Below, in pieces: positions 28,286-36,826 of a stretch of 36,826 nt of DNA. Every line of letters starts with the position of its first letter. Within the stretch, counting starts at the first letter, position 1. Made by a program: the position numbers and the translations under genes. The stretch is from Bdellovibrionota bacterium FG-2 (lineage in GTDB: Bacteria; Bdellovibrionota; UBA1018): contig JBBCAV010000404.1 of NCBI GenBank assembly GCA_051382305.1, positions 1 to 36,826 on the forward strand. Direction: 5' to 3'. The notes beneath the pieces are model-generated. The model ran no database searches and had not been told where the DNA came from. It was given only the letters and a program-made list of their open reading frames with translations.

Positions 28286-29209
28286 TTAGCCTTTGTCCAC
28301 CCCCGCGTGAATCCAGTCGTGGTGCGGGCTGCATAAGGTGACAAGGTTTTCTAAGGAATTTTCTCCGCCCTGGCTTACGGGGAGCTTGTGATGGATCTCT
28401 ACCCAGCGGCTCTGGTTGCATTTTTGCCCGTTTTCGTGAGTATATGTGCATCTTCCCTGATCGCGCAACCGCACTTGATGAAAGATATTCGCAGGAATTG
28501 GAACGCGCGTGTGCGGTGGCTTCGCATCTTGAGTGGTTTGTGCACCTTTGGGTGATGTCGCCTGTAGCGCTACAGGTTTGGTCTGTCTCCCCCTTTTTAT
28601 GATTTGTCTTTTTGCCCGTTTTACCGGGTCATGCCGCTTGAGATGCTCTCTTGTCATGTGCGCAATGACTTCTTCAAGTGTCACAGACCGACCCTTCGCC
28701 TGGCTCATAAGATCTTGCACACGCCTCAGCGCAAGCATGTCCTGTTCCGAAAGTCCCACTTCTAGGCGAACGCGATTTTCGGTGACATAGCTCACACTTT
28801 CGGGTGTGACGGCCTGAGGGCGCACTTTTACGATTTCTTTTTCAAGCTGCCGTTGGGATAGCGACGCCGCTTTTTGGAGCCATTCGGCTTTGTTCTGAGG
28901 CGTTAAAACTGGCGCGATTTTGCGGGCGTTCGATAGCGTGATTGTCCCGGCCGCAATAAGACTTCTCAACTCAGGCACTTCGCGTGCCTTGCGACTGACC
29001 GTGATGAGGTTGTAAGCCACGCTCTCGGACAGCCCCAGCTCGCGAACGACGTAGAGGAAAAGACTTGCGTGTCCGTGTTTGAGGTAAACACGATGGCGAT
29101 CAAGTTGTTGCAGGATTTCTAGCAAATCGCCCTCGGCCTTCTTGTAGTGGGCACTGATTTCGAGGGCGCGTTTATGGATTTGTTGAGATAAGGCTTGAGC
29201 TTGAGACAT
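28286..29209 (-). CDS. HNH endonuclease with N-terminal helical HTH (DUF222/ParB-like) region
   Basis: C-terminal RDQGRC..C..EIHHKLPVSQGGENSLENLVTLCSPHHDWIH; N-terminal LGLSESVAYNLITVSR...IAAGTITLSNARKIA. Confidence 0.88.
   Translation of the reverse strand: MSQAQALSQQIHKRALEISAHYKKAEGDLLEILQQLDRHRVYLKHGHASLFLYVVRELGLSESVAYNLITVSRKAREVPELRSLIAAGTITLSNARKIAPVLTPQNKAEWLQKAASLSQRQLEKEIVKVRPQAVTPESVSYVTENRVRLEVGLSEQDMLALRRVQDLMSQAKGRSVTLEEVIAHMTREHLKRHDPVKRAKRQIIKRGRQTKPVALQATSPKGAQTTQDAKPPHTRVPIPANIFHQVRLRDQGRCTYTHENGQKCNQSRWVEIHHKLPVSQGGENSLENLVTLCSPHHDWIHAGVDKG
28560..28576. repeat. 16-bp palindrome inside the HNH gene linker
   Basis: (g)cctgtagcgctacagg, 17/17 identical to 27077-27093; encodes PVALQ. 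Confidence 0.9.
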
Positions 29210-29477
29210 GAAAAGTTCCTTTTGCGTCGGGACGCAGACTCAGTACGGGGTTATGGAGGGTAGTGAGTAAAGTGCGCGGCAAAAAGTATAAGGAGAAAAT
29301 TAGTGTATCAAAAAAGCGCACTTTTTAAGGTGTAATTGGGCTTCTTTATCTGCGATCCCGTATAGATTTGCAAGAAAGATTTTCGCAAAAATGCCGAGAA
29401 AATTTCAGCTCTGCAAATGTTCATCGCACTTGTATACATTTAGATTGCACCTCGGACGCACGCACACTAAGCTGCAT

Positions 29478-29517
29478 GCATCACCACGTATCACCACGCA
29501 TCGCCAAGCATTGAAAG
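29478..29517 (+). repeat. Degenerate 10-bp tandem repeat
   Basis: gcatcaccac gtatcaccac gcatcgccaa gcattgaaag. Confidence 0.6.
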
Positions 29518-29526
29518 AACAAAACT

Positions 29527-30351
29527 TTGAACAAAAATATTTTGGGTTGGATTCTCGCCATCGCAATCACTTTGAGCGCGGCTGCTTATCAGCGCTTCAC
29601 GGGGCCTACTTATCCACTTAGGGGCGCGGCAACTGTCGCGGGCAAAACCATCGCGTTTCAGCTTCCCCGCAGTCATGGGGGTGAGGGTGATCAAGAGGTA
29701 AAGATCGATGATCTGGGGCAAAGAGCCTTCTTGATTTATCGTCGTTATAAGACCCAAGACGAGTTTGCACAAATCGACATGAAGCCAGACAATTCTAAGC
29801 TTGTTGCAAATCTTCCCCACCAACCACCAGCGGGGAAACTTGAGTACAACCTGCTGCTAGAAGATCATGGTAACCTCATCCCGGCCGTGCCCAACGAATC
29901 CGTCGTAATTCGTTTTAAGGGAGCTGTGCCCCCCTGGGTTCTTGTTCCTCACATTATTTTTATGTTTTTGGCCATGCTGCTCTCAAATCGCACGGGCATC
30001 GAAGCCCTATTGAAGGGCGACGAGGAGGGCAATCGCATGCGCACGTTCGCGATCATGACCACTGCGACGCTGTTTGTGGGTGGCATGATCCTGGGGCCCT
30101 GTGTGCAAAAATATGCGTTTGGTGAGTTTTGGACTGGGATCCCTTGGGGCTGGGATTTGACGGACAACAAAACACTCGTGGGAATGATCGGCTGGTTTGC
30201 GGCGCTTGCAATAGTCCTCGCCAAGCCGAGCTTCGCACGCGTGGCACTCCTGGGCGCGGCGCTTTTACTCTTGGGCGTGTATTCGATTCCCCACAGCATG
30301 AAAGGTTCGGAGCTTGATTATTCAAAGGGCAAAATCGTTACGGGCCAGTGA
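29527..30351 (+). CDS. Hypothetical membrane protein
   Basis: N-terminal TM helix, soluble domain (QRFTGPTYP, LPHQPPAGKLEY), four C-terminal TM helices (WTGIPWGWDLTDNK); TTG start. Confidence 0.8.
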   Translation: MNKNILGWILAIAITLSAAAYQRFTGPTYPLRGAATVAGKTIAFQLPRSHGGEGDQEVKIDDLGQRAFLIYRRYKTQDEFAQIDMKPDNSKLVANLPHQPPAGKLEYNLLLEDHGNLIPAVPNESVVIRFKGAVPPWVLVPHIIFMFLAMLLSNRTGIEALLKGDEEGNRMRTFAIMTTATLFVGGMILGPCVQKYAFGEFWTGIPWGWDLTDNKTLVGMIGWFAALAIVLAKPSFARVALLGAALLLLGVYSIPHSMKGSELDYSKGKIVTGQ

Positions 30352-30403
30352 CATAGCCAGTGACATAGCCAGTGACATGGTAGGTGACATGGTAGGTGAC
30401 ACA
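30344..30403 (+). repeat. Five 12-bp tandem units with a GTGACA core
   Basis: gccagtgacata x2, gccagtgacatg, gtaggtgacatg, gtaggtgacaca. Confidence 0.9.
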
Positions 30404-30408
30404 GTATT

Positions 30409-31071
30409 ATGGCCAATTTCTTGTTCGATTTTGATGGAGTGCTTGTTCGCGCTCGGGGCGCCGACAAGAGGCTACTCTGGTCGAAAGATATTGAAAAAGA
30501 TCTTGGGGTTTCGCTTGAGGTAGTCGGCGAGTTGTTCAAGCAGCCGCAGTGGAATTAATTTCTTTCGGGGCACGGAAGTTTCAGGACGAGGCTGCGCGAT
30601 ATCCTCGCGGCCCAGCGACTTAGTTTGGATCCCCAAGTGTTCATTGAATACTGGCTTTCCCACGATCTGAATTGGAACCTAGAGGTTTTGGAGCTGGCAG
30701 CCGAACTTAAGAGCGCAGGACATGCGCTTTATATTGCGACCAATCAGGACAAGATTCGCGGGGATTTTATCAAGAGTCAGGCGAAGGTTGGGCAATTGTT
30801 CAAAGGCGTTTTTACAAGCGCAAAGCTTGGAGTTTGTAAACCAAGCCCAGGATTCTATCAACGAATCAGAGCAGAGTATTTTCTGAACTCCACAGAAGAT
30901 ATTTTGGTCATTGATGATGACCCTCGCAATATCGAGGCAGCAAAACAGCTGCAGTGGCAGGGCGTGTGTTTTGATCCTGACCGGGGCGCCTATATCCAGC
31001 TCCTAAACCACATCCAATTCGTAAAACTCTGCGCGGGGATTCTAAGTCCCGCGAGAATGGGAAAAAAGTAG
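30409..31071 (+). pseudogene. HAD-family hydrolase with one in-frame stop
   Basis: MANFLFDFDGVL (motif I), TAA at 30556-30558, then the same frame continues to IATNQ, KP and IDDDPRNIEAA. Confidence 0.85.
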
Positions 31072-32306
31072 ATAAAGAGTCCCAGGGTCGATCCCAAAAA
31101 CGCCCAGCGGATCCACGGGATAAATTCCTGCGAGAAACGAGATTCGATCCAATCAAAAGTCGCGCCTATAGCGAATGAGAGCACCATCCCGGCAGGATAG
31201 TAGTAGTAGTAAAAGGCAATCTTGCGCGGAATCACCATCCAGCACACAAAAAAGGCGAGATAAAAACTTACGATCAAAAAGACGTCCCGCCTGCGAGTGG
31301 CAAGCCATTGAAGCGCGCAAATCACGATGGCGCCTAAGCCCCCCCACATAATCAGGGGGTTTCCTAAGAGCAGCACGCCGCGCACCCATTCTTTTTGGGG
31401 CCCTTCGGTGTTGTAGGCGTACCAAATCGGGCGATGCATCGTGGGCCAATCCCACCACTGGCTCATATAGGGGTGTGTATTGACGACGCGTAGTTGGCCG
31501 CCGTAGGCTTTGGTTTGCATCGTAAAGAGGTCCCAGAAACCAAGATTGTTGCCGTCGACAAAATAATACGGAATATACGTCATGAAATAAACGGTTAGCG
31601 GGATGAGCACGAAACTTAAGATCCAGTCGCGCTTACGCATTCCGATAAAAAGTTTTGGGGAATACCAATCCTGCTCCGACTCATCTGAAAAACTCACGCC
31701 CTGGCGTTTGAGAAAATCCCCGCCCGCCACAAGAGTCATACACGTGACCCAGGGGATGACTCCAAACCACTTGCACGCAGTGGTAAGGCCCAGCATGAGG
31801 CCAGTGAAGCGAAAGAGTTTGCGGCTCATTAAGTTGGGAATTCCTGTTTTCCATGCTGCGGTAAACGCGGCGATCCCAAAACTTAAGAAGGCGAACATAA
31901 AGGTGTCTAGCATTCCAATGCGGGCTTGAACGTAAAGCAGTTGATTGCACATCGTGAGCATGGCCACCCAAAGTGCCGCGCCCTCGGATTCAAAAAGCGC
32001 CAGAGCCCAGAGAAACATTCCGACCAAAGTGAGTGCGCCAAAAAAGGTACTCATGAAGCGCCACCCCAATGGGCGATCTCCAAAAGTCGCGATGCCTACG
32101 GCCATGAGTTCTTTGCCCAGGGGGGGGTGTTCCCAGTTCTGGTTCTCCCGAAGATCTAAAAGTTGCTTGGCCGAAGGCACATAGTGAAACTCATCAAAGT
32201 TATGAGTAGACGGATGCTGGATGTGGATGAGAAAAAAGATTTGCGCAGTGGCGTAGAGCAGGCCACAGATTTTGAGAATTCTTCGTGTAAAGAGTGTATG
32301 AATCAC
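30990..32306 (-). CDS. Lipid-carrier-dependent glycosyltransferase, protein O-mannosyltransferase (PMT) family
   Basis: [43 protein letters not shown], multiple TM helices. Start uncertain (GTG 32306 or ATG 32369). Confidence 0.88.
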   Translation of the reverse strand: MIHTLFTRRILKICGLLYATAQIFFLIHIQHPSTHNFDEFHYVPSAKQLLDLRENQNWEHPPLGKELMAVGIATFGDRPLGWRFMSTFFGALTLVGMFLWALALFESEGAALWVAMLTMCNQLLYVQARIGMLDTFMFAFLSFGIAAFTAAWKTGIPNLMSRKLFRFTGLMLGLTTACKWFGVIPWVTCMTLVAGGDFLKRQGVSFSDESEQDWYSPKLFIGMRKRDWILSFVLIPLTVYFMTYIPYYFVDGNNLGFWDLFTMQTKAYGGQLRVVNTHPYMSQWWDWPTMHRPIWYAYNTEGPQKEWVRGVLLLGNPLIMWGGLGAIVICALQWLATRRRDVFLIVSFYLAFFVCWMVIPRKIAFYYYYYPAGMVLSFAIGATFDWIESRFSQEFIPWIRWAFLGSTLGLFIYFFPILAGLRIPAQSFTNWMWFRSWI

Positions 32307-32369
32307 GACGAGCAAGTTAGAATGCCAAACGCCAAGGGTCAAGAGTGGAGATTGAAGACGGGAGATCAT

Positions 32370-33026
32370 ATGGAAACAAAATCAACGGAATCAACAGCTG
32401 CAGGCCCCACAGTAGGGCGAAACGAGCCTTGTCCTTGTGGGAGTGGCAAAAAGTACAAGCGCTGCTGCGGGGTGGATGCGGCGCCAAAACTTTCGATTCC
32501 AAAGGTGAATCTAGGCGGAGGGGCCGCGCTGGGCGCGCCGGGAATGGGCGGCGAAATTCCTCCTGGAGCGATGCCGCCGGGTTTTGATCCCTCTCAGATG
32601 GATCCGAAAATGATGCAGGATTTGGCGCAGCAGTTTCGAAAATTGCCAAAAAGCCAGATGCAGCGGCTTCAAGGCCTCGTACAAAAAGCGATGGCAGGGA
32701 AGGATGTTTCCGAAGAAGCGCAGGCTTTGGAGGGATCTCTACCGGTCGAGCTTCAGACGATGTTGCAGGGTTTTTCAGGGATGGCAGGCGCTGCGGGAGG
32801 CGCGGGGGGGGCTCCCGGATTGCCCCAATGGCTGCCTGAGCCAGAAATGACTGAAGACGACGCTCGCAAACTCGTGGCGCAGGCTGCGGCAAAGGGCGAG
32901 ATTTCTAAAGAAGAGGCGGATAAATTATTGGGGGATGTGGGAGCCGGTGTCTCGGCTGCTGAACCCGCGCCAAGCGCGGCTAAGAAGTGGTGGCAGTTGC
33001 CAGGGTTTAAAGGAAAGCGCTCGTGA
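32370..33026 (+). CDS. SEC-C Zn-motif protein with Met/Gln/Gly-rich helical region
   Basis: [26 protein letters not shown]. Confidence 0.8.
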   Translation: METKSTESTAAGPTVGRNEPCPCGSGKKYKRCCGVDAAPKLSIPKVNLGGGAALGAPGMGGEIPPGAMPPGFDPSQMDPKMMQDLAQQFRKLPKSQMQRLQGLVQKAMAGKDVSEEAQALEGSLPVELQTMLQGFSGMAGAAGGAGGAPGLPQWLPEPEMTEDDARKLVAQAAAKGEISKEEADKLLGDVGAGVSAAEPAPSAAKKWWQLPGFKGKRS

Positions 33027-33841
33027 AAGGGGTTCCTCGTTTAATTGGCGTCATTCATTTGCCCGCCCTGGCGGGCGCACCCGGGGCGCATGGGTTGGAT
33101 CCTGCTGATGCTTTGCAAAGAGCGGGAGCACAGGCCGTGAAAGAGGCGCAAGCTTTAACGAAGGCGGGGTTTGAGGCGCTGATTTTGGAGAACTTTGGGG
33201 ACATTCCTTTTTATAGGGAGCGAGTGCCCGCGGAGACGATTGCGTCTCTGAGCGTGATTGCGGCTGCGGTTCGCGAGGTGACGAAGTTGCCGCTGGGGAT
33301 CAATGTCCTGCGAAACGACGGGTTTTCGGCGCTTGCGATTGCCGCGGTCAATGGTCTTGAGTTTATGCGCGTGAATGTTTTGTCGGGAGTCGCGGCAACG
33401 GATCAGGGAATGATCCAAGGGCAAGCGGCCGAGCTCCTGCGCGAGCGAACGAGGCTGCATGCCGAAGTGGCAATTTTTGCGGATGTGCATGTGAAACACG
33501 CTCGCACGATCTCATCCGATGACGTGGGTCTGGCGGTTGAAGAAACCGCGCTACGGGCCGGGGCGGACGCCGTGATTGTTTCAGGGACGACGACAGGTCG
33601 AGGGGTTTCGCGCGAAGTATTGGAGGCTGCATCCCGGGTGGCGCGCGCAATCCAGGTGCCGCTCTTTGTGGGAAGTGGAGCGACCCGCGAAACTTTAAAA
33701 GACCTTGCGCCTCATGTGACGGGCGTGATCGTGAGTTCCACTTTGAGGCGAGGCGGTAAGGCGGGCGCCCCCCTTGATTCAGGCCGCACTCGGGCGTTTG
33801 TGGGTGAGTTTCGGAAAGTGTTTGGGCGGCAGAAGAGGTGA
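33023..33841 (+). CDS. BtpA/SgcQ family TIM-barrel protein
   Basis: [49 protein letters not shown] overlap with the upstream gene. Confidence 0.9.
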   Translation: MKGVPRLIGVIHLPALAGAPGAHGLDPADALQRAGAQAVKEAQALTKAGFEALILENFGDIPFYRERVPAETIASLSVIAAAVREVTKLPLGINVLRNDGFSALAIAAVNGLEFMRVNVLSGVAATDQGMIQGQAAELLRERTRLHAEVAIFADVHVKHARTISSDDVGLAVEETALRAGADAVIVSGTTTGRGVSREVLEAASRVARAIQVPLFVGSGATRETLKDLAPHVTGVIVSSTLRRGGKAGAPLDSGRTRAFVGEFRKVFGRQKR

Positions 33842-33859
33842 GTTGGGGGAAGTGGTTTT

Positions 33860-34648
33860 TTACTTCGCGCTGCCGGCTTCGGCGTGAGGTTGTGATGAGT
33901 CCCCGGCTTTTGAGCCATGCTCGCCTGAGCTAGGTTTTTCATTCCCTTCATTTTGAGCAAAGGATCTTAGCATTTGGCAAGCGTCGGGTTTTTCCCCTAT
34001 CTTTCCAATGCTCGAGTCCTTTACCTTACCGCCAACTACATCAAGCAAATGCTCCGCCTGTTTGTGCAGGCGATCTTGCGCAGAGGGCGGCATATCTGCT
34101 TTGTTTTGTGCAAGAAACGCCGTAATTTTTCGGACTCGGGCCAGCGCCTCACCTTCAATGAGGAGATGACGAATGGCCTCATTAACTTCATTGATTTCAT
34201 TTTTAGCAAACATTTCTTTGTTCTGATCAAGCCATTTTTGTTTTTGGCAGGCCTGTCTAACTTTTTGGGTTTGAGAGGGGATGAGAACTCAACCGTGATA
34301 ATAAACGCCATCGTGCGGAGTGCGATAAGTTTCGACAAAAACGCCATTTCCAAGGGGCACGTATCGCGAATCTCCGACTCTACCCCCGTCGCGATAGCTC
34401 TTTTCTTCTGGGGTTCCATCGCCGCCAACGAGCCTCCTCAGATTTATTTCGTTAGGAATGGGGAGATGCGCAAGGAGTTTACCCTTTGTCGCAGGGTCCT
34501 CGTCGGAATCAAGTACAATTACAATATTGTTGCCATCGGGCGAGTAAATGAACGTCTTTTTGCGCCATTCCTTCATTGCACTATTATATCCGCATATCAC
34601 GGGTAGGTGAGATTGAAGAGCGGCGGAACGTCCATCGAGTGGAAATGC
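33860..34648 (-). pseudogene. Disrupted hypothetical gene
   Basis: ORFs 34289-34600 and 33860-34213 are in one frame, separated by a single TGA (34289-34291); the frame stays open up to the IS end. Confidence 0.5.
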
Positions 34649-34650
34649 TT

Positions 34651-35891
34651 ACACCTGCTCATCAATAACTGTAACAACTTCTATAGCTTACGTCTTGGTG
34701 AGATCGTATAATTCCAGTCTCCGTGGAACTTGTCGCGTTCCAGCTTGACTGTAGCCATCTGAGCATCTGTGACTTTGCGACCAGTCCGATACATCCGTTT
34801 ATCCAGCTTGCAGCTTACGCGCAGACCGGTCGAAGTTTTTGTCGCAGAGATAAGGCGAATAATTGTTTCGTAGTTGATTAACGGCTCGCCTTGCCAGTTT
34901 TGGCTTATGAAGGAGAAGAGGCGGTGCTCGATCTTATTCCATTTGCTGGTGCCGGGAGGAAAATGACAAACACTGATCGGGATGAGAGTTTCATCGGCGA
35001 GTCGTTGCAGCTCCCATTTCCAGAGCCGGAGTCTCGCTCCATTACTTCCTCCTGCGTCCGCAGTAATCAGGAGACGTTTTGCTTTTGGATAAAGTTTGCG
35101 TCCCTGCGCACTCCACCATCGCCGAATGGATGCTACGGCAAAACTGGCGGTATCATGAGTGGTTCCAATATTGACCCATCCTTTATTTTTTGCCAGGTCG
35201 TAGATGCCGTAGGGATGCGCGCGTGGAACATTTGGATCAGGAAAGTCATGGCCATTGACCGGAAGTGCTTGCCCTTTCGGCCGCCACTGTTTCCCGCCGT
35301 TTTTGTAATTTCCAATCAATTCTTTTTTCTTTGTGTCGACTGAAATGACTGGATTTTCCGCTTTTATTTGCAGGGTTGCTGCAGCGTTAATGTGTTCGAA
35401 TTGGGCGTTTCGATCTGACTCTGCTTTCCTTCCTGGGTTTTTCGGTTCCCCTGCAGACTGTAATCCATCTCGTGGAGAATCTTCGCCACAACCACTGCGC
35501 AGGCGGGATGCCAGCGCTTTGTCAGTTCTTTTGAAAGCGTTCGTGTACTCTTGCAAGTCCACCGAAGTGCTGACATGGGATCTCCTCGGGTCAGAGGATC
35601 AACAAGACTTTCCAGTTCTTTGCACAACGCTGGATCCTTTGTTGCCGCTTGCTTTCGACCGCCGCCAGGGGAGCGAATCCGCTCAGGAGTAAGGGCGTCT
35701 TTACTGGTGATTTCTCGAAGCCCTACATGAATTGCTCTTCGGGACACCTTGGTAATCTTAGCAACCAATGAAACGCCACCATACCCAAGAGCCTGCGCTT
35801 CTACTGCCGCAAAGATACGTCGCGATCGTTCGTTTAGGTGTGGTGCAAGTGCTTTGTACTTCGTCTTGAGGATGCGAGCGCTGTCAGCCAA
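34651..35891 (-). mobile_element. ISAzo13-family IS with frameshifted DDE transposase
   Basis: N-part: LNERSRR, GYGGV, RGDPMSALRWTCKS, YSLQGNRKT. C-part: DRNAQFEHIN, ISVDTKKKELIGN, ITADAGGSNG, PPGTSKWNKIEHRLFS, FHGDWNY. Frameshift near 35417. The left end was not identified and the right end is approximate. Confidence 0.9.
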
Positions 35892-35909
35892 TATAAAAAC
35901 TGTGCGCTG

Positions 35910-36446
35910 GCCGGGCTTGTCCTTGAAATCAAGACCGCTCAGAGCAACTTGCGAGAACTGAATGAGGAAAAGGCGAAGCTCGACCGTCGCCTTGATTTCT
36001 TGTTGGATGGGGCCAGCCTTGCTGAACAATCGAATTTCAAAGAGGAGTATTTGGCCAAGAAAGTTAGCATTAAGGATGAGCAGGCTCGGCTTCAGGTGCG
36101 ACTGGATCAGCTGGAGTCTCAGCGCCTGAGTCTAGAAAAATCAGAATTTGACATGCGCACTGCGTTCAAAAGTGCGCAGAGGGTTCAGGATGATAAGAAA
36201 AGCGAGCAAATGCTGAAGCTCCGCGTATCTTATCGGCAGCTATTTAAGGCGATTGTGGTGGGAGCTGAAAAGAGCGATGGAAACCGAAAAATTCAATTTG
36301 TTATGCGCGAAGATTCCACATTGTCAGCCGGGAAAACCCTGGTTGGCAGTGTGGATGACGCTTATTGCACCAGCCTAAAATTGGTGGAGATACACGGGGT
36401 CGAACCGAGGACCTCTTCCATGCCATGGAAGCGCTCTACCAACTGA
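35910..36446 (+). pseudogene. C-terminal coiled-coil remnant of a probable large serine recombinase
   Basis: Heptad coiled coil, then LRVSYRQLFKAIVV...KIQFV, reading into the antisense of the tRNA. No catalytic N-terminus is present, so the call rests on pattern and position. Confidence 0.55.
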
Positions 36447-36457
36447 GCTATATCCCC
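36382..36457 (-). tRNA. tRNA-Ala(GGC)
   Basis: GGGGATA TAGCTCAGTTGGTAGAGC G CTTCC ATGGCAT GGAAG AGGTC CTCGG TTCGACC CCGTG TATCTCC ACCA; 76 nt, G3:U70, encoded CCA. Confidence 0.96.
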
Positions 36458-36478
36458 ACTCACTATCGATGTTGCAAA

Positions 36479-36507
36479 TTCATACTGAGCTTGGAGGCTG
36501 TTTGCAA
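36479..36507 (-). promoter_or_regulatory. Putative tRNA promoter
   Basis: Minus strand TTGCAA-N17-TATGAA. Confidence 0.5.
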
Positions 36508-36514
36508 TAGGAAT

Positions 36515-36814
36515 TTAATTCGCGGTGCCTGAATCTGTGGTACGAGCGGGGTCAATGGGGAGTTCGACCGGCAGCATCGGGTTGTGCTGAATTGCTTTTG
36601 TTTCAGTGGCCGCGCTCCAGGGCGATGTGGCAGTATCTCCCTTGTTGCCCGTCCGGCTCACAAGGGGAGACCACTCACCAGCTTTTAGACGCTCACACTG
36701 TCCATTGGGAGGGAGCGCGACAGGCACGAACTGCGTAATTCCCTCCAAAGAATCATCCTTTTTGTCCCCACCGTGCAACGCGGTTACGTACCCCGATCCA
36801 GCAAATACTACGCT
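36515..36814 (-). CDS. Possible 3' portion of a hypothetical gene
   Basis: Open frame of about 99 codons, bounded by an in-frame TGA near the window edge; no motif. Confidence 0.3.
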   Translation of the reverse strand, partial: SVVFAGSGYVTALHGGDKKDDSLEGITQFVPVALPPNGQCERLKAGEWSPLVSRTGNKGDTATSPWSAATETKAIQHNPMLPVELPIDPARTTDSGTAN

Positions 36815-36826
36815 TCAGAATGCAGC

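Noticed and set aside
28286-29209. IscB/Cas9-like RNA-guided nuclease
   Set aside because: No PLMP, RuvC or bridge-helix motifs; only an HTH-like region plus HNH.
30344-30403. CRISPR-like array
   Set aside because: The units are 12 bp and contiguous, with no spacers and no cas genes.
32163-32369. N-terminal extension of the SEC-C ORF given in the track
   Set aside because: It overlaps the divergent PMT gene; ATG 32370 has an SD and is the better start.
33974-34606. 210-aa plus-strand ORF
   Set aside because: It is the antisense shadow of the minus-strand disrupted gene and has atypical composition.
405-35961. Numerous short alternative-frame ORFs in the track
   Set aside because: They overlap well-supported genes and show no motifs or start signals.
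36063-36087. Possible left IR of the ISAzo13 element (17/25 match to 34651-34675, core cctgctcatc)
   Set aside because: It lies inside a continuous coiled-coil reading frame that extends on both sides, so it is probably chance; intact IS copies would settle it.
34289-36817. In-frame TGA codons (34289 and 36815) as stop-codon recoding or selenocysteine
   Set aside because: TGA ends clear genes in this window (6355, 23481, 33841) and Trp is encoded by TGG; decay or sequence error is simpler.

Overview
Bacterial chromosomal window of moderate GC. The gene families (many secreted or lipoprotein hypotheticals, a large S8 protease, an L,D-transpeptidase-like protein, an HTH-HNH protein) suggest a Bdellovibrionota/Oligoflexia-like genome; this is inference. 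Left part: truncated HI0933 flavoprotein, HEXXH/TPR lipoprotein, AAA ATPase, SAM methyltransferase, SDR plus AroB-like cyclase, large lipoprotein, and a hipBA module inside a 21-bp direct repeat that duplicates a terminator. Middle: L,D-transpeptidase-like gene, a minus-strand operon (metH, core MetE-like, GT2-methyltransferase, GT87-pseudoGT2-YdjC), a large secreted protein plus subtilase, and small secreted proteins. Right part: HTH-HNH gene with an internal 16-bp palindrome that recurs elsewhere in the window, membrane protein, HAD pseudogene, PMT-family glycosyltransferase, SEC-C protein plus BtpA, and a decayed element at tRNA-Ala(GGC) (pseudogene, frameshifted ISAzo13 transposase, serine-recombinase-like C-terminus). 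Most notable: the HNH/palindrome system, the enzyme-less hipBA insertion, and the fused hexosamine-transfer-like operon. All family calls come from motif recognition by eye; no searches were run.
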